Origin: Calothrix sp. NIES-2100
Lineage (GTDB): Bacteria; Cyanobacteriota; Cyanobacteriia; Cyanobacteriales; Nostocaceae
Assembly: GCA_002368195.1 (NCBI GenBank)
Contig: AP018178.1
Location: 5,401,286-5,465,285 of the forward strand
Length of the DNA: 64,000 bases
Direction of reading: 5' to 3'
Part shown: piece by piece, positions 52,461 through 62,142 of the stretch
How positions within the stretch are numbered: position 1 is the first letter of the stretch
Layout: each line of letters opens with the position of its first letter
Notes under the pieces: model-generated
Told to the model about the DNA's origin: nothing
What the model saw: only the letters and a program-made list of their open reading frames with translations
Database searches by the model: none
Program-made: the position numbers and the translations under genes

Positions 52461-55400
52461 TTACTCTTCTTTGCCTTGCAACCGCAAAAAATGCACCCGT
52501 CCTGAATCTTCCCCTGCAACAACTCTCACCCCATCAGGTGCAACAGCACAGCATAATATTCCCCCATCCCCAATGAAGCTAGCAATTACTTCTCCAGTTT
52601 GCCAGTTCCAGACTTTCAGAGTTTTATCAAGAGAACCAGAAATTAAGTACTTGCCATTTGGACTGGGGGCAACTGCACATACCTCAGAACTATGACCCTT
52701 CAGAGTACGCAGTTCTTTACCAGTTTGCCAATTCCAGACTTTGAGTGTGTTGTCAGAGGAAGCAGAAATCACGTACTCGCCATCTGGAGTTAGAGCAACT
52801 GCATATACCGAGCGGCTATGACCCTTCAGAGTACGCAGTTCTTGTCCAGTTTGCCAATTCCAGACTTTGAGTGTGTTGTCCCAAGAAGCAGAAATCACGT
52901 ACTGGCCATCAGGTGTGAGGGCAACTGCATATACGGAGTCACTATGACCCTTTAGGATACGCAGTTCTTCCCCAGTTTGCCAATTCCAGACTTTGAGTGT
53001 GTTGTCAGAGGAAGCAGAAATCACGTAATTGCCATCAGGTGTGAGGGCAACTGCATTTACTGAGTCACTATGACCAGCTAGAGTACGCAATTCTTTTCCA
53101 GTTTGCCAATTCCAGACTTTGAGGGTGTTGTCATTGGAACCAAAAATCATGCAACTACTATCTGCGGTGAGGATAATAGCAGTTAGCAAGTCAGTATGAC
53201 TCATTAAAGTACGTACTATTTCCCCAGTTTGCAAATTCCAGATTTTCAGGGTCTTGTCAAAGGAGGCAGAAATTATGTATTCGCCATCTAGGATGAGGTT
53301 AAGAGCGGTTACCCAGTGAGTATGACCAGCTAGAGTACGCACTTTTTGTCCAGTTTGCCAATTCCAGACTTTGAGGGTGTTGTCATCGGAACCAGAAATC
53401 ACGTATTTGCTATCAAGGGTTAGGGTGACTGCATTTACAGAGCCACTATGATCCTTGAGGGTACGCAGTTCTTCACCAGTTTGCCAATTCCAGACTTTGA
53501 GAGTGTTGTCAGCAGAACCAGAAATCACGTAATTGCCATCAGGTGTGAGGGCAACTGCATTTATCCAGATACTATTACCCTTTAGGGTACGTACTAGTTC
53601 CCCAGTTTGCCAATTCCAAACTTTCAGGATATTGTCGAACGAAGCAGAAACCACGTAGTTGCCATCTGGAGTAAAGGCGACTGCTGTTACCCAAAAACGA
53701 CGATTCTTTAGAGTAAGTAGTTGTTCTCCAGTTTGCCAATTCCAGACTTTGAGAGTGTTGTCATCTGAACTAGAAATCACGTAATTGCCATCAGGTGTGA
53801 GGGCAACTGCATTTACCGAATGACTATGACCCGCTAAGGTACGCAGTTCTTCACCAGTTTGCCAATTCCAGACTTTGAGAGTGTTGTCATCTGAACTAGA
53901 AATCACGTAATTGCCATCAGGTGTGAGGGCAACTGCGTTTACCGAATGACTATGACCCGCTAAGGTACGCAGTTCTTCACCAGTTTGCCAATTCCAAACT
54001 TTGAGGGTGCTGTCATCAGAACCAGAAATCACGTAATTGCCATCAGGTGTGAGGGTAACTGCATTTACCGAGCTACTATGACCTTCTAGGGTACGCAGTT
54101 CTTCACCAGTTTGCCAATTCCAGACTTTGAGGGTGTTGTCAGCGGAACCAGAAATCACGTAATTGCCATCAGGTGTGAGGGCAACTGCATTTACCGAGTG
54201 ACTATGACCCGCCAGGGTACGTACTAAGCAACCGCTAGGAGAAGTCAAGCTTGCTGTTTGCGGAAGCAAGCTAGGAGTTTTGCATTCCTGCGCTTGCGTT
54301 AACAATGCTTGAATTTCTTCTCTTTCAAAACCCAGCAAACGCCCTAATAATTGCCCTGGCAATTGCTGTTTATCTTCATTTAAAATATGTGCCGACAGTC
54401 TCAATGCACCTTGAATTAACTGTAAATTCTCATCCTCCGGCAAAAAATTATAATCTGCTATCAAAGCATTAATATTGATGTTATCCAACTTCCCCTGCAA
54501 CCAGCGAAAATCACCCAGCAGTTGTTGTAATTCCCCTTCCCTTCCCCCTGCTTGCAAGTGATAGGCTAAATTCTGCCAGATATAGCCGTCATTTTCTAAA
54601 CTATGCCAACCTCCGGGGTATTTCTCACTGTAAGCATTTAACAGGCGATTGTGTAAAAACCCTATCCCCTCACTTTCGGTTGCTAATGTCGTGTACTGCT
54701 TCCTGACATAATCAAACTGCAAGTCATGCAACTGCAAATTTCCCGCTTCATCCCGCAAAGCCAGAGATTTACTCACCAATTCATCAATGACATCTTGGCT
54801 ATCAAACTCATCTAACCCCAAGGGTTGCCAAAAAGTCTGCAAAACTGCTTCGGGTATGGGTGTATCTTCTCTAAATACCGCAAAATCTAAATATCGCTGT
54901 TGGTAATTCTCATCTAAAGCCGCCACACTGACAGCAATAGCTTTGAGTAAATCGGGATAAGGATAATCGGGAAATTGTTGTTTGATTTTCTCTAAATCAG
55001 CGCTGCGGAGTTTTTCTAAAATATTCTGCCAGCGATTTGCAGGTTTCCCCCGCATCATCGCGCCCACCATCGCCAATGCTAAGGGCAAATACCCACATTC
55101 CCGCGCTACCTGCAAAATTAACCCCACCCCGGCTGCGCCACCCCTCCCCGCAAGCGAGGAGGGGTAAGAGATAATTTCTGTTTCTCGGCTGCTTTGCAAA
55201 GAAGAGAGAGATATATCGATATCATCTTTCCCCCTCCCTGCTTGCTCTGAGGGGTTAGGGGTGGGGTGCAGTATCTCCGGTTGATTTGCCCAATCTGCCA
55301 ACAGTTCTAACGCCTGTTGTTCACCCAAAACGGCCAGCTGATATTCTTCCCCTCCCAACCCCGTGACTATCGCTGCATCACGGGTAGTAATTAACATCTG

Positions 55401-56081
55401 ACAGCGTTCCCCCAACACATCAAACGCCGTCGCATCATCCAAACGCCAGATATCATCCAAAATCAGCAAGCAAGCTTTCTCGGCAAACAACTCCCGTAAC
55501 CGCGCTTTCGCCAATCCCACCTCGGTAAACGCCGCTTGCTTCTCACCCAACGCCGAAGCAAGATAGGATTGCCAAGTTAAAATTTGGGGCGTTTGTCCAA
55601 ATGTTATCCAAAACACCCCATCAGGAAACGCCTGTCTGACTTCTTCATCCCGCGCTAAGGCTGTAGCTAAGACTGTTTTGCCAATTCCGCCCATTCCTTG
55701 CACACCTACACGGCGACTTTTCCCTGTAATACCCACAGGTTGCTTTGTTGGTGATAATACTTTCTGTTTTAAGGGTGCAAGTTCTTCCAGACGGGGTAAA
55801 AAGTGCGGCGGTAACTCTGGGACGTTGGTAAGATTGCCTAAAGGTAGTTGATTGGGGTCAAAATTCAGCGTAGAAAGAGCTTGTTCGATTGTATCTAATT
55901 CCTGCTCCAAGCGTTTGAGTTCTGTTTCCTCATCTTGGATTTGTTGTTCTAACTGAAACTTAACAGCAACCCCAGCCTCAATTGCGAAAGCCAGCCGCAA
56001 CTGCGTTAACTTCTTATTTCTCCGATCCCAGTCGGCTTGAAGGGTATCTCGCTGTTGTTCCAATCGCTGTCGTTTCGTCAT
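52461..56081 (-). CDS. STAND NTPase: N-terminal coiled-coil domain, NB-ARC (AP-ATPase) domain, then about 14 WD40 repeats
   Basis: P-loop GMGGIGKT, followed by LLILDD, the hhhTTR motif and GLPLAL. The C-terminus has 14 highly similar about-42-aa WD40 units (...GHSxSVNAVALTPDGNYVISxSxDNTLKVWNWQTGEELRTL...). Confidence 0.85.
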   Translation of the reverse strand: MTKRQRLEQQRDTLQADWDRRNKKLTQLRLAFAIEAGVAVKFQLEQQIQDEETELKRLEQELDTIEQALSTLNFDPNQLPLGNLTNVPELPPHFLPRLEELAPLKQKVLSPTKQPVGITGKSRRVGVQGMGGIGKTVLATALARDEEVRQAFPDGVFWITFGQTPQILTWQSYLASALGEKQAAFTEVGLAKARLRELFAEKACLLILDDIWRLDDATAFDVLGERCQMLITTRDAAIVTGLGGEEYQLAVLGEQQALELLADWANQPEILHPTPNPSEQAGRGKDDIDISLSSLQSSRETEIISYPSSLAGRGGAAGVGLILQVARECGYLPLALAMVGAMMRGKPANRWQNILEKLRSADLEKIKQQFPDYPYPDLLKAIAVSVAALDENYQQRYLDFAVFREDTPIPEAVLQTFWQPLGLDEFDSQDVIDELVSKSLALRDEAGNLQLHDLQFDYVRKQYTTLATESEGIGFLHNRLLNAYSEKYPGGWHSLENDGYIWQNLAYHLQAGGREGELQQLLGDFRWLQGKLDNININALIADYNFLPEDENLQLIQGALRLSAHILNEDKQQLPGQLLGRLLGFEREEIQALLTQAQECKTPSLLPQTASLTSPSGCLVRTLAGHSHSVNAVALTPDGNYVISGSADNTLKVWNWQTGEELRTLEGHSSSVNAVTLTPDGNYVISGSDDSTLKVWNWQTGEELRTLAGHSHSVNAVALTPDGNYVISSSDDNTLKVWNWQTGEELRTLAGHSHSVNAVALTPDGNYVISSSDDNTLKVWNWQTGEQLLTLKNRRFWVTAVAFTPDGNYVVSASFDNILKVWNWQTGELVRTLKGNSIWINAVALTPDGNYVISGSADNTLKVWNWQTGEELRTLKDHSGSVNAVTLTLDSKYVISGSDDNTLKVWNWQTGQKVRTLAGHTHWVTALNLILDGEYIISASFDKTLKIWNLQTGEIVRTLMSHTDLLTAIILTADSSCMIFGSNDNTLKVWNWQTGKELRTLAGHSDSVNAVALTPDGNYVISASSDNTLKVWNWQTGEELRILKGHSDSVYAVALTPDGQYVISASWDNTLKVWNWQTGQELRTLKGHSRSVYAVALTPDGEYVISASSDNTLKVWNWQTGKELRTLKGHSSEVCAVAPSPNGKYLISGSLDKTLKVWNWQTGEVIASFIGDGGILCCAVAPDGVRVVAGEDSGRVHFLRLQGKEE
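55120..55268. mobile_element. About 150-bp inverted-repeat mini-element inserted in-frame inside the NB-ARC domain
   Basis: Termini aaccccacccc / ggggtggggtg, plus internal cccctcc...ggagggg hairpins. It encodes the low-complexity insert PTPNPSEQAGRGKDDIDISLSSLQSSRETEIISYPSSLAGRGGAAGVGL between conserved NB-ARC motifs. Confidence 0.4.
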
Positions 56082-56248
56082 TGCCAGGGTTGGGAGGTGG
56101 TGTTTTTAAGTATACATGGTGGGGGGAAGGGGGAAAGGGTAATGGGGAAGGGGATACTTTTACTTTCTTCTTTGCGCCTTTGCGTCTTTGCGTGAGAATA
56201 AACGAACCGCGAAGACGCGAAGTACGCAAAGGAAGAATTTTTGAGAGA

Positions 56249-58483
56249 TTACTCTGGTTTACCAATCAATTCCCTAAAAGCCGGCTCATCTGCAATATCA
56301 TCAAAATCAATATCTGTCGCTGCTTCTTCCTGATATCGGGGATTCAATTTAATCGCCTGCTGGAGATTTTCTACAGCTAATTCCACTTGCTTTTGTAGTG
56401 CATAACAGGCGGCTTTATTGTAAAAAGCACTCGCATAATCTGGCTTCAATTCTAATGCTTTGTCAAAAGAGGCGATCGCATCGTCATCTCTCCCCAGCCT
56501 TACCAAGCTATAACCCCGTTTATCCCAGAGTTTCGCTGATGGTTTAATATCTATAGCTTTGTCAAAAGATGCGATCGCTTCGTCGTATTCTTCTAACTCA
56601 ATCAACGCCAAACCGCGATTCATCCAAGCTACTGCGTCATCTGGCTTAACTTTCGTCGCTTGATTAAAGGAGACAAAAGCCTGTTGATGTTTGCGTAAGT
56701 TCCCAAAAGCCACACCGCGATCGCACCAGGCTTGATGATCGTTAGGATTAATTTTCAATGCTGTATCATAGGAAGCGATCGCGTTTGAGTAGCGTTTCAA
56801 CCTGGCTAGCGTCAAACCGTGTTTAAACCAAGCCAGTGAATTATCCGGCTGGATGTTGACTACTCGCTTGTAAAGTGCGATCGCCTCTTCATAACGCTTT
56901 TCACCAAACAGCACATCTCCCTGTGCAATATATTCATCGCAAGCGACGCTAAACTCTGTCTCCTCCTGGGTAGACGAGGTTGTTCCCCCCGTCGCTTCTT
57001 CCCCATCCCCAAAACCAGCAGATGTTTCCTCTAATTGTGCCGGTTCTGGTTTTTTCGCCTCAATCCTCATACTTGATGGCGATGGCTGTTTAATTTCTGT
57101 CAGTTCTTCTAAAATTAAATCTTTGCGTTGTTGCGCATCTAATTGTAACTCCGAAAGCTGCGATACAAAATCCGTTTCTAATCTTTCCAGTTTTTCTAAA
57201 ATCAGGATTTTCTGCTGTTGCGCATTTACCTGTAATTCCGAAAATTGCGAGGTAAATTCCGAACCAGATTTTTCTAAATTCTCAATAATTAAGTCTTTCT
57301 GTTTTTGCACTTCCACCAGTGACTCAGCCAGGTTCCTGGTAAATTCTGCTTGCAATTTTCTTAAATCTTGAATAATCTTATCTTTTTGCTGTTGACTTTC
57401 AGCTTGTAATTCTGCCAGTTGCCTTTTAAAGACATTCTCTAATTCGCCAATATTTAACAAACTTGTATCTTTACGCTGTCCCACCTCTGTTTGCAATTCT
57501 GATATTTTATTCGCCGCATCAGTTTTCCAAGCACTTTCTAATTCAGCAATATTTACCAAGCTTGTATTTTGACGCTGAGCAACTTCTGCTTGTAATTCTG
57601 AGATTTTATTCGCCGCTTCTGCTGCTAAACTAGCAATTCTTTCACTAACTATATCTTTTTCTTTTTGAGTCTCAGTCTGTAACGTCGATAAATGTAACGT
57701 CACTTCCGACCGAGATTTATCTATATTTTCAATAGTTATATCTCTTTGTTGTTCCGCGCTTAATAGCAATTCCGATAATTGCCCAGATAAATCAGATTCT
57801 CTCTGGCTGAAATTTTCAATTGTTAAATTACTTTGATTTTGGGCATTTGCCAGTAATTGCCCTATTTGAACACCAAATTCCGTGTCTAAATTCTCTAATT
57901 TATTTTGAATAATTTTAATTTCTGATTCTAATTGGTTTAAAATATTGTCCTTAGCTGTGGAAAAATCCGAATTAATTAAAGATAAATTTTCTTGCTCACT
58001 TTTAATCTTGGCTTGCAAATTCTCAGCCTCTTTCCCCAATTCCTGAGTAATTTTTTTCACCTCTTGAATTGCATTCTCAGCTTCTTGCTTCACAAGATTT
58101 AGCTGAGTTTGCAAATTTTCCACACCTTCTATCTGTGACATAGCCTGCTTGACAATTTCGCGGATTACTACTCCACGTAACAGCCAAAGTAAAACAATCA
58201 CGGCGACTGGAAACAAGCTTAATAATACTATCCAGATATTGAAGGACATGGTTGTCTGACTAAAATTACGCTGAACATCAGATGGGGCTGCATCTTGAAT
58301 CCGCTGTGGCGATCGCTGTTCCTCATTTGATAATACCGGAGCAGGAGTCACAGCAGGCGATAGAGCGGGTGCAGTTTGCCCATTGATTTTACCAGGAGAC
58401 AGCAGCAAGGGCGAAAAGATGATAACGCTCTGTAAAACTAAAGCGTAGACAACTGGATTTTTGCTTTTCATATCCCTATCCAT
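56249..58483 (-). CDS. Membrane-anchored coiled-coil and TPR-repeat protein
   Basis: Signal/TM (NIWIVLLSLFPVAVIVLLWLL), then about 350 aa of repetitive coiled coil (LQAE...QQQKD motifs), then 6-7 TPR units (AIASYDKALKINP...). Confidence 0.7.
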   Translation of the reverse strand: MDRDMKSKNPVVYALVLQSVIIFSPLLLSPGKINGQTAPALSPAVTPAPVLSNEEQRSPQRIQDAAPSDVQRNFSQTTMSFNIWIVLLSLFPVAVIVLLWLLRGVVIREIVKQAMSQIEGVENLQTQLNLVKQEAENAIQEVKKITQELGKEAENLQAKIKSEQENLSLINSDFSTAKDNILNQLESEIKIIQNKLENLDTEFGVQIGQLLANAQNQSNLTIENFSQRESDLSGQLSELLLSAEQQRDITIENIDKSRSEVTLHLSTLQTETQKEKDIVSERIASLAAEAANKISELQAEVAQRQNTSLVNIAELESAWKTDAANKISELQTEVGQRKDTSLLNIGELENVFKRQLAELQAESQQQKDKIIQDLRKLQAEFTRNLAESLVEVQKQKDLIIENLEKSGSEFTSQFSELQVNAQQQKILILEKLERLETDFVSQLSELQLDAQQRKDLILEELTEIKQPSPSSMRIEAKKPEPAQLEETSAGFGDGEEATGGTTSSTQEETEFSVACDEYIAQGDVLFGEKRYEEAIALYKRVVNIQPDNSLAWFKHGLTLARLKRYSNAIASYDTALKINPNDHQAWCDRGVAFGNLRKHQQAFVSFNQATKVKPDDAVAWMNRGLALIELEEYDEAIASFDKAIDIKPSAKLWDKRGYSLVRLGRDDDAIASFDKALELKPDYASAFYNKAACYALQKQVELAVENLQQAIKLNPRYQEEAATDIDFDDIADEPAFRELIGKPE

Positions 58484-58499
58484 TGGTCAGTTTTGCAAG

Positions 58500-59900
58500 T
58501 GGCTTACCTCTCTCCAATCTGTGACATGACTCTGGGCTAAAGCCACAGAGCTTCTAAGAATCACTTCTGAGATTTCCTAGTTGCTCCCTTGCGGGTTTTC
58601 GACTTTGACCTAGATTGAGTTTCCCCAGTCCCCGGCAAACCGTCTGCATAGGCGTTTTGGATTCCGACGTGTCCCGCCGTACTAATTAGTTCTATTCCTC
58701 TATTTCTGATCACTTGACTACTAGCAACATCACGATCAGTTGTGTAGTTACAGCTATGACAATGATGCACTCTAACACTCAAGTCTTTTCTAACTTCTGC
58801 GCCACACTCAGGACACTCAATCGATGTCCCCCTGGCACTAACTTCACCGAAGAATTTACCACGCTTCCAACACACATACTTGGTGATAGTTCGGAACTGT
58901 CCAAACCCTGCATCAAGCATTTGTTTCCCAAGCATTCCTTTTGCAAGAGTTCGGTAATCCAAATCTTCCATGAAGACCATATCACCAGTATCGCAAAGGG
59001 CGTGAGCTTGTTTGAAGTGGAAATCTTTGCGGGTGTTATCAATCGTGTGGTGAAGTCTAGCAACCTTAATGCGTTGTTTCTCGTAATTTTGAGAGCGCTT
59101 CTTTTTTCGAGAAAGCCTGCGTTGCAGCAATTTCAGCTTGCTTTGCATAACTTTCAGGAATTTAGGCGACTTTACAAGAACACCGTCACTAGTTGCCAAA
59201 AACTTTTCTAACCCCACATCCACACCGATGGGATGACCATGCGGCATCGGTTCTGGAACACTCACATCGCACTGAATATTGATCGAGGCATACCAAACAT
59301 CTGCTTTGTTGATGATCCGAACCTGCTTAACCACAAAAGAGCTAGGGATTGGGCGATGTAAGTTAATCGGAATCAACCCAAGCTTAGGAAGTTTGATATT
59401 TAATCCAACTACAGGATTTTCTTGAAACTGTGGAAACAATAAAGATTTGAATTGCCCAAACTTTTTAAATCTGGGGAACCCATGCCCAATCTTTTGAAAC
59501 CCCTCCCATGCTCGATGCAGTTGTTTGATAGATTGCTGCAAAACCTGACTTGGTACTTCACTTAGCCGGGGAAATACCTTTTTTGCTTTTGGCAGTGCAT
59601 TAAGCTGATTCACTTCACTGGGGAAAGGAGCATCCGCAGCTATGATATATTCATGACTAATCGAGCATCTGTCAACCAGACATGAACGTCCATTGCACCA
59701 ATCTTTAATTTCTCGCAGCCCGTAGTTATAGGCAACACGACAAACATCCATCCACTCAAAAAGTAACTGCTCTTGAGTGATGTTTGGATAGATTCGATAG
59801 CGGTAATTCATGGTTAGCATTCCACTATTTTACTATATTTAGTGGAGAATCTAACTCTAGTAAATTAAAGCCGTCCTAGAAGGACGGGGTTTTCAACCCA
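58500..59900 (-). mobile_element. Solo IS200/IS605-family element (IS1341-like; tnpB only, no tnpA); the boundaries are approximate
   Basis: Contains tnpB. A subterminal hairpin ccgtcctagaaggacgg lies at 59871-59888 at the presumed left end. There are no terminal inverted repeats, as expected for this family. Confidence 0.5.
58561..59820 (-). CDS. tnpB: RNA-guided endonuclease TnpB (IS605 OrfB family)
   Basis: Split RuvC motifs (GVDVGLEKFLATSDG ... E ... TDRD) and a C-terminal zinc finger (CPECG...CHSCN). The OrfB_IS605 N-terminus is MNYRYRIYPN. Confidence 0.85.
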   Translation of the reverse strand: MLTMNYRYRIYPNITQEQLLFEWMDVCRVAYNYGLREIKDWCNGRSCLVDRCSISHEYIIAADAPFPSEVNQLNALPKAKKVFPRLSEVPSQVLQQSIKQLHRAWEGFQKIGHGFPRFKKFGQFKSLLFPQFQENPVVGLNIKLPKLGLIPINLHRPIPSSFVVKQVRIINKADVWYASINIQCDVSVPEPMPHGHPIGVDVGLEKFLATSDGVLVKSPKFLKVMQSKLKLLQRRLSRKKKRSQNYEKQRIKVARLHHTIDNTRKDFHFKQAHALCDTGDMVFMEDLDYRTLAKGMLGKQMLDAGFGQFRTITKYVCWKRGKFFGEVSARGTSIECPECGAEVRKDLSVRVHHCHSCNYTTDRDVASSQVIRNRGIELISTAGHVGIQNAYADGLPGTGETQSRSKSKTRKGATRKSQK

Positions 59901-60114
59901 TTTTTCTGATAACAAATTATTAAGTTGTGAACCTCTCTGAAGAATACCTCTCTATCCCTTGGCGTACTACCCTGCGGGAAGCCGCTTCGCGTCTAATGCG
60001 TACTTGGCGGTTAGTAATTCCTGAATATTCAATGCATCTGCACAGAGAAATAGTCTAAGCTAAATTGAAGATGTCTTGAGTCTTTGATTAATCAGTACTT
60101 CTTTAATTTATCTT

Positions 60115-61527
60115 ATGGAAACTCAATTTTCATGGACTAAGCAATGGTATCCAATTAGCCCCTTAAGTTATCTTAATGCCACCAGTCCCAATCCCGTTAC
60201 ACTTCTTGGTAAAAAGCTGGTGATTTGGCAAGATAACAATCAAAATTGGAGCGCTATGGATGATTGTTGTCCCCATAAACTAGCACAATTATCTCTCGGA
60301 AATATTAATCAAGATGGAAACCTGATGTGTAGACATCATGGATGGACTTTTAACAGAGATGGGAAATGTACTAATATTCCTATGTTAACTGGTCATGCGC
60401 AAGAAATTGCTTGCAATAGTTTAAAGTCTCACGTTAAAACTTATCCCACACAAGTTCTTCAAGGTCTACTTTGGATATGGCCAGATGATAGCGCCACAGC
60501 TTTTGAAGATTGTACATTAAAGCATCCAGCTACCATACCAGAATGCGATTTAGATAAATCATCTACAGACTGGCACATGACAGAAATTCCTGTAAATTAT
60601 ACTGTTTCAGTTGAAAGTAGTTTTGACCCTTCCCATGCCCAATTTTTACATGCAGGAATCGGTTATTTTTCTCCAAAAAACGCAGTACCGATCCAAGAAT
60701 TTGCAGTAGTAGGTGAAATGTCTGCTGAAGCAGGTTTTAATCTCAAACATTCAGGTTACAATCTCCTCAACAAAGATATGGAAGCCACAAGGAAATTTAC
60801 ACCGCCTTCTGCAAATACTACTATCTACCGTTATGCTAACGGGAAAAATCATATATTTCAGTTGTATTTTGTGCCCACCCAACCAGGTCAATGTAGAAAT
60901 ATTGGTAAATTTATTGTTGAAGGGAATTCAGCTAAGAAAAACTTCTGGTTGGCGTTGCTACCAGATTATTTCCAAATAGGCTTACAGCATTTATCAACAT
61001 ACAAGCTAAGTGACCAAGATTTAACAGTCATGCACTCTCAAGAAGTGATGGAAGCTTCAATAGAGAAAAAATGGTATAAATCATACTTTATGCCTTCTCC
61101 TGCTGATGTGGGTATTGTCACTTTTAGAAAATGGCTAGATGCATTTGCTGGTGGCGGGCCTAGCTGTCCAGATAATCTAGTAAACAGTGCCAAAAGTGCC
61201 AAGGATCTGAATAATGAACAACTATATGACCGATGGCACAGGCATACAAAATTTTGTCCTAATTGTCGCCGTTCTGTGCTTTTTCTGGAAAAAATCCGCA
61301 CAATTTTGCCGAAGGTTACAGGATTATTGTCACTGTTAACATTGGTGTTAATAATCATAAATATTCCCGTCAAAGTTGCCTTAATCACAACAATTTTGGC
61401 AATCATCAGTTTGTTAATTTCATATTTTGTTGATAATTTACAACAACAATTTTTCAGTAGCCTTCCCAAAACAGGTTTACCTATAGTTACAGTTTATGCC
61501 GATCATCCCAGTAAATCTCTCTCATAA
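60115..61527 (+). CDS. Rieske [2Fe-2S] non-haem iron oxygenase, PAO/Tic55/LLS1-like, with C-terminal membrane helices
   Basis: Rieske box CCPHKLAQLS...CRHHGW, the mononuclear-iron region, a C-terminal CPNC motif and two TM helices. Confidence 0.8.
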   Translation: METQFSWTKQWYPISPLSYLNATSPNPVTLLGKKLVIWQDNNQNWSAMDDCCPHKLAQLSLGNINQDGNLMCRHHGWTFNRDGKCTNIPMLTGHAQEIACNSLKSHVKTYPTQVLQGLLWIWPDDSATAFEDCTLKHPATIPECDLDKSSTDWHMTEIPVNYTVSVESSFDPSHAQFLHAGIGYFSPKNAVPIQEFAVVGEMSAEAGFNLKHSGYNLLNKDMEATRKFTPPSANTTIYRYANGKNHIFQLYFVPTQPGQCRNIGKFIVEGNSAKKNFWLALLPDYFQIGLQHLSTYKLSDQDLTVMHSQEVMEASIEKKWYKSYFMPSPADVGIVTFRKWLDAFAGGGPSCPDNLVNSAKSAKDLNNEQLYDRWHRHTKFCPNCRRSVLFLEKIRTILPKVTGLLSLLTLVLIIINIPVKVALITTILAIISLLISYFVDNLQQQFFSSLPKTGLPIVTVYADHPSKSLS

Positions 61528-61629
61528 GAGAATATCATAGGCATCTTAAATCTCTGTAACAAGCCCAAGACACAAGCTCCAATCAAAGGCTAAATTATAA
61601 ACAAACTCAGCCGATACAATGGAGCTATA

Positions 61630-62130
61630 ATGACTTATCAAAGACCTGTATTTCTCCCTCCCCAGTCTCAGCAAGGAAAAATGCTCAATTGGATTGCGAT
61701 CGCGGGAATAGTTGCATTGTTTGCTACTGCTATTCATGCTTGGGTTGTATTACCAGAGACTATACCCATCCACTTTGGACTTGATGGTAAAGCTAACGGC
61801 TGGGGAAGTAAAAACTTTCTCTGGCTGTTACCAATTGTCGGTTTGTTAATGTATGGGATGCTGACAGTTGTGAGTCGCTATCCCCATACCTTTAATTATG
61901 CAGTCCGAATTACAGAAGAAAATGCACTGCGTCAATATCAAATTGCCTGCTCAATGCTAAATTGGTTGAAAACCGAATTGATTTGGTTATTTGCTTATAT
62001 TGAGTGGCAAATTTTTTACTTAGCCAATACAGAAACGCCTAACCTAGGAATCTGGTTTCTACCTGTATCTTTAATTATTATTTTCGGAACTAATGCGTAT
62101 TGGTTAACTCAATCTTTTCTGGCTCGTTAA
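61630..62130 (+). CDS. DUF1648-like membrane protein
   Basis: LPETIPIHFGLDGKANGWGSKNFL motif plus 4 TM helices. The likely start is MLNWIA at about 61681. Confidence 0.5.
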   Translation: MTYQRPVFLPPQSQQGKMLNWIAIAGIVALFATAIHAWVVLPETIPIHFGLDGKANGWGSKNFLWLLPIVGLLMYGMLTVVSRYPHTFNYAVRITEENALRQYQIACSMLNWLKTELIWLFAYIEWQIFYLANTETPNLGIWFLPVSLIIIFGTNAYWLTQSFLAR

Positions 62131-62142
62131 TCAACATACCCT

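Noticed and set aside
59871-59888. Hairpin ccgtcctagaaggacgg as a terminator
   Set aside because: No plus-strand gene ends here. Its position at the 5' flank of tnpB fits better as the subterminal hairpin of the IS200/IS605-type element.
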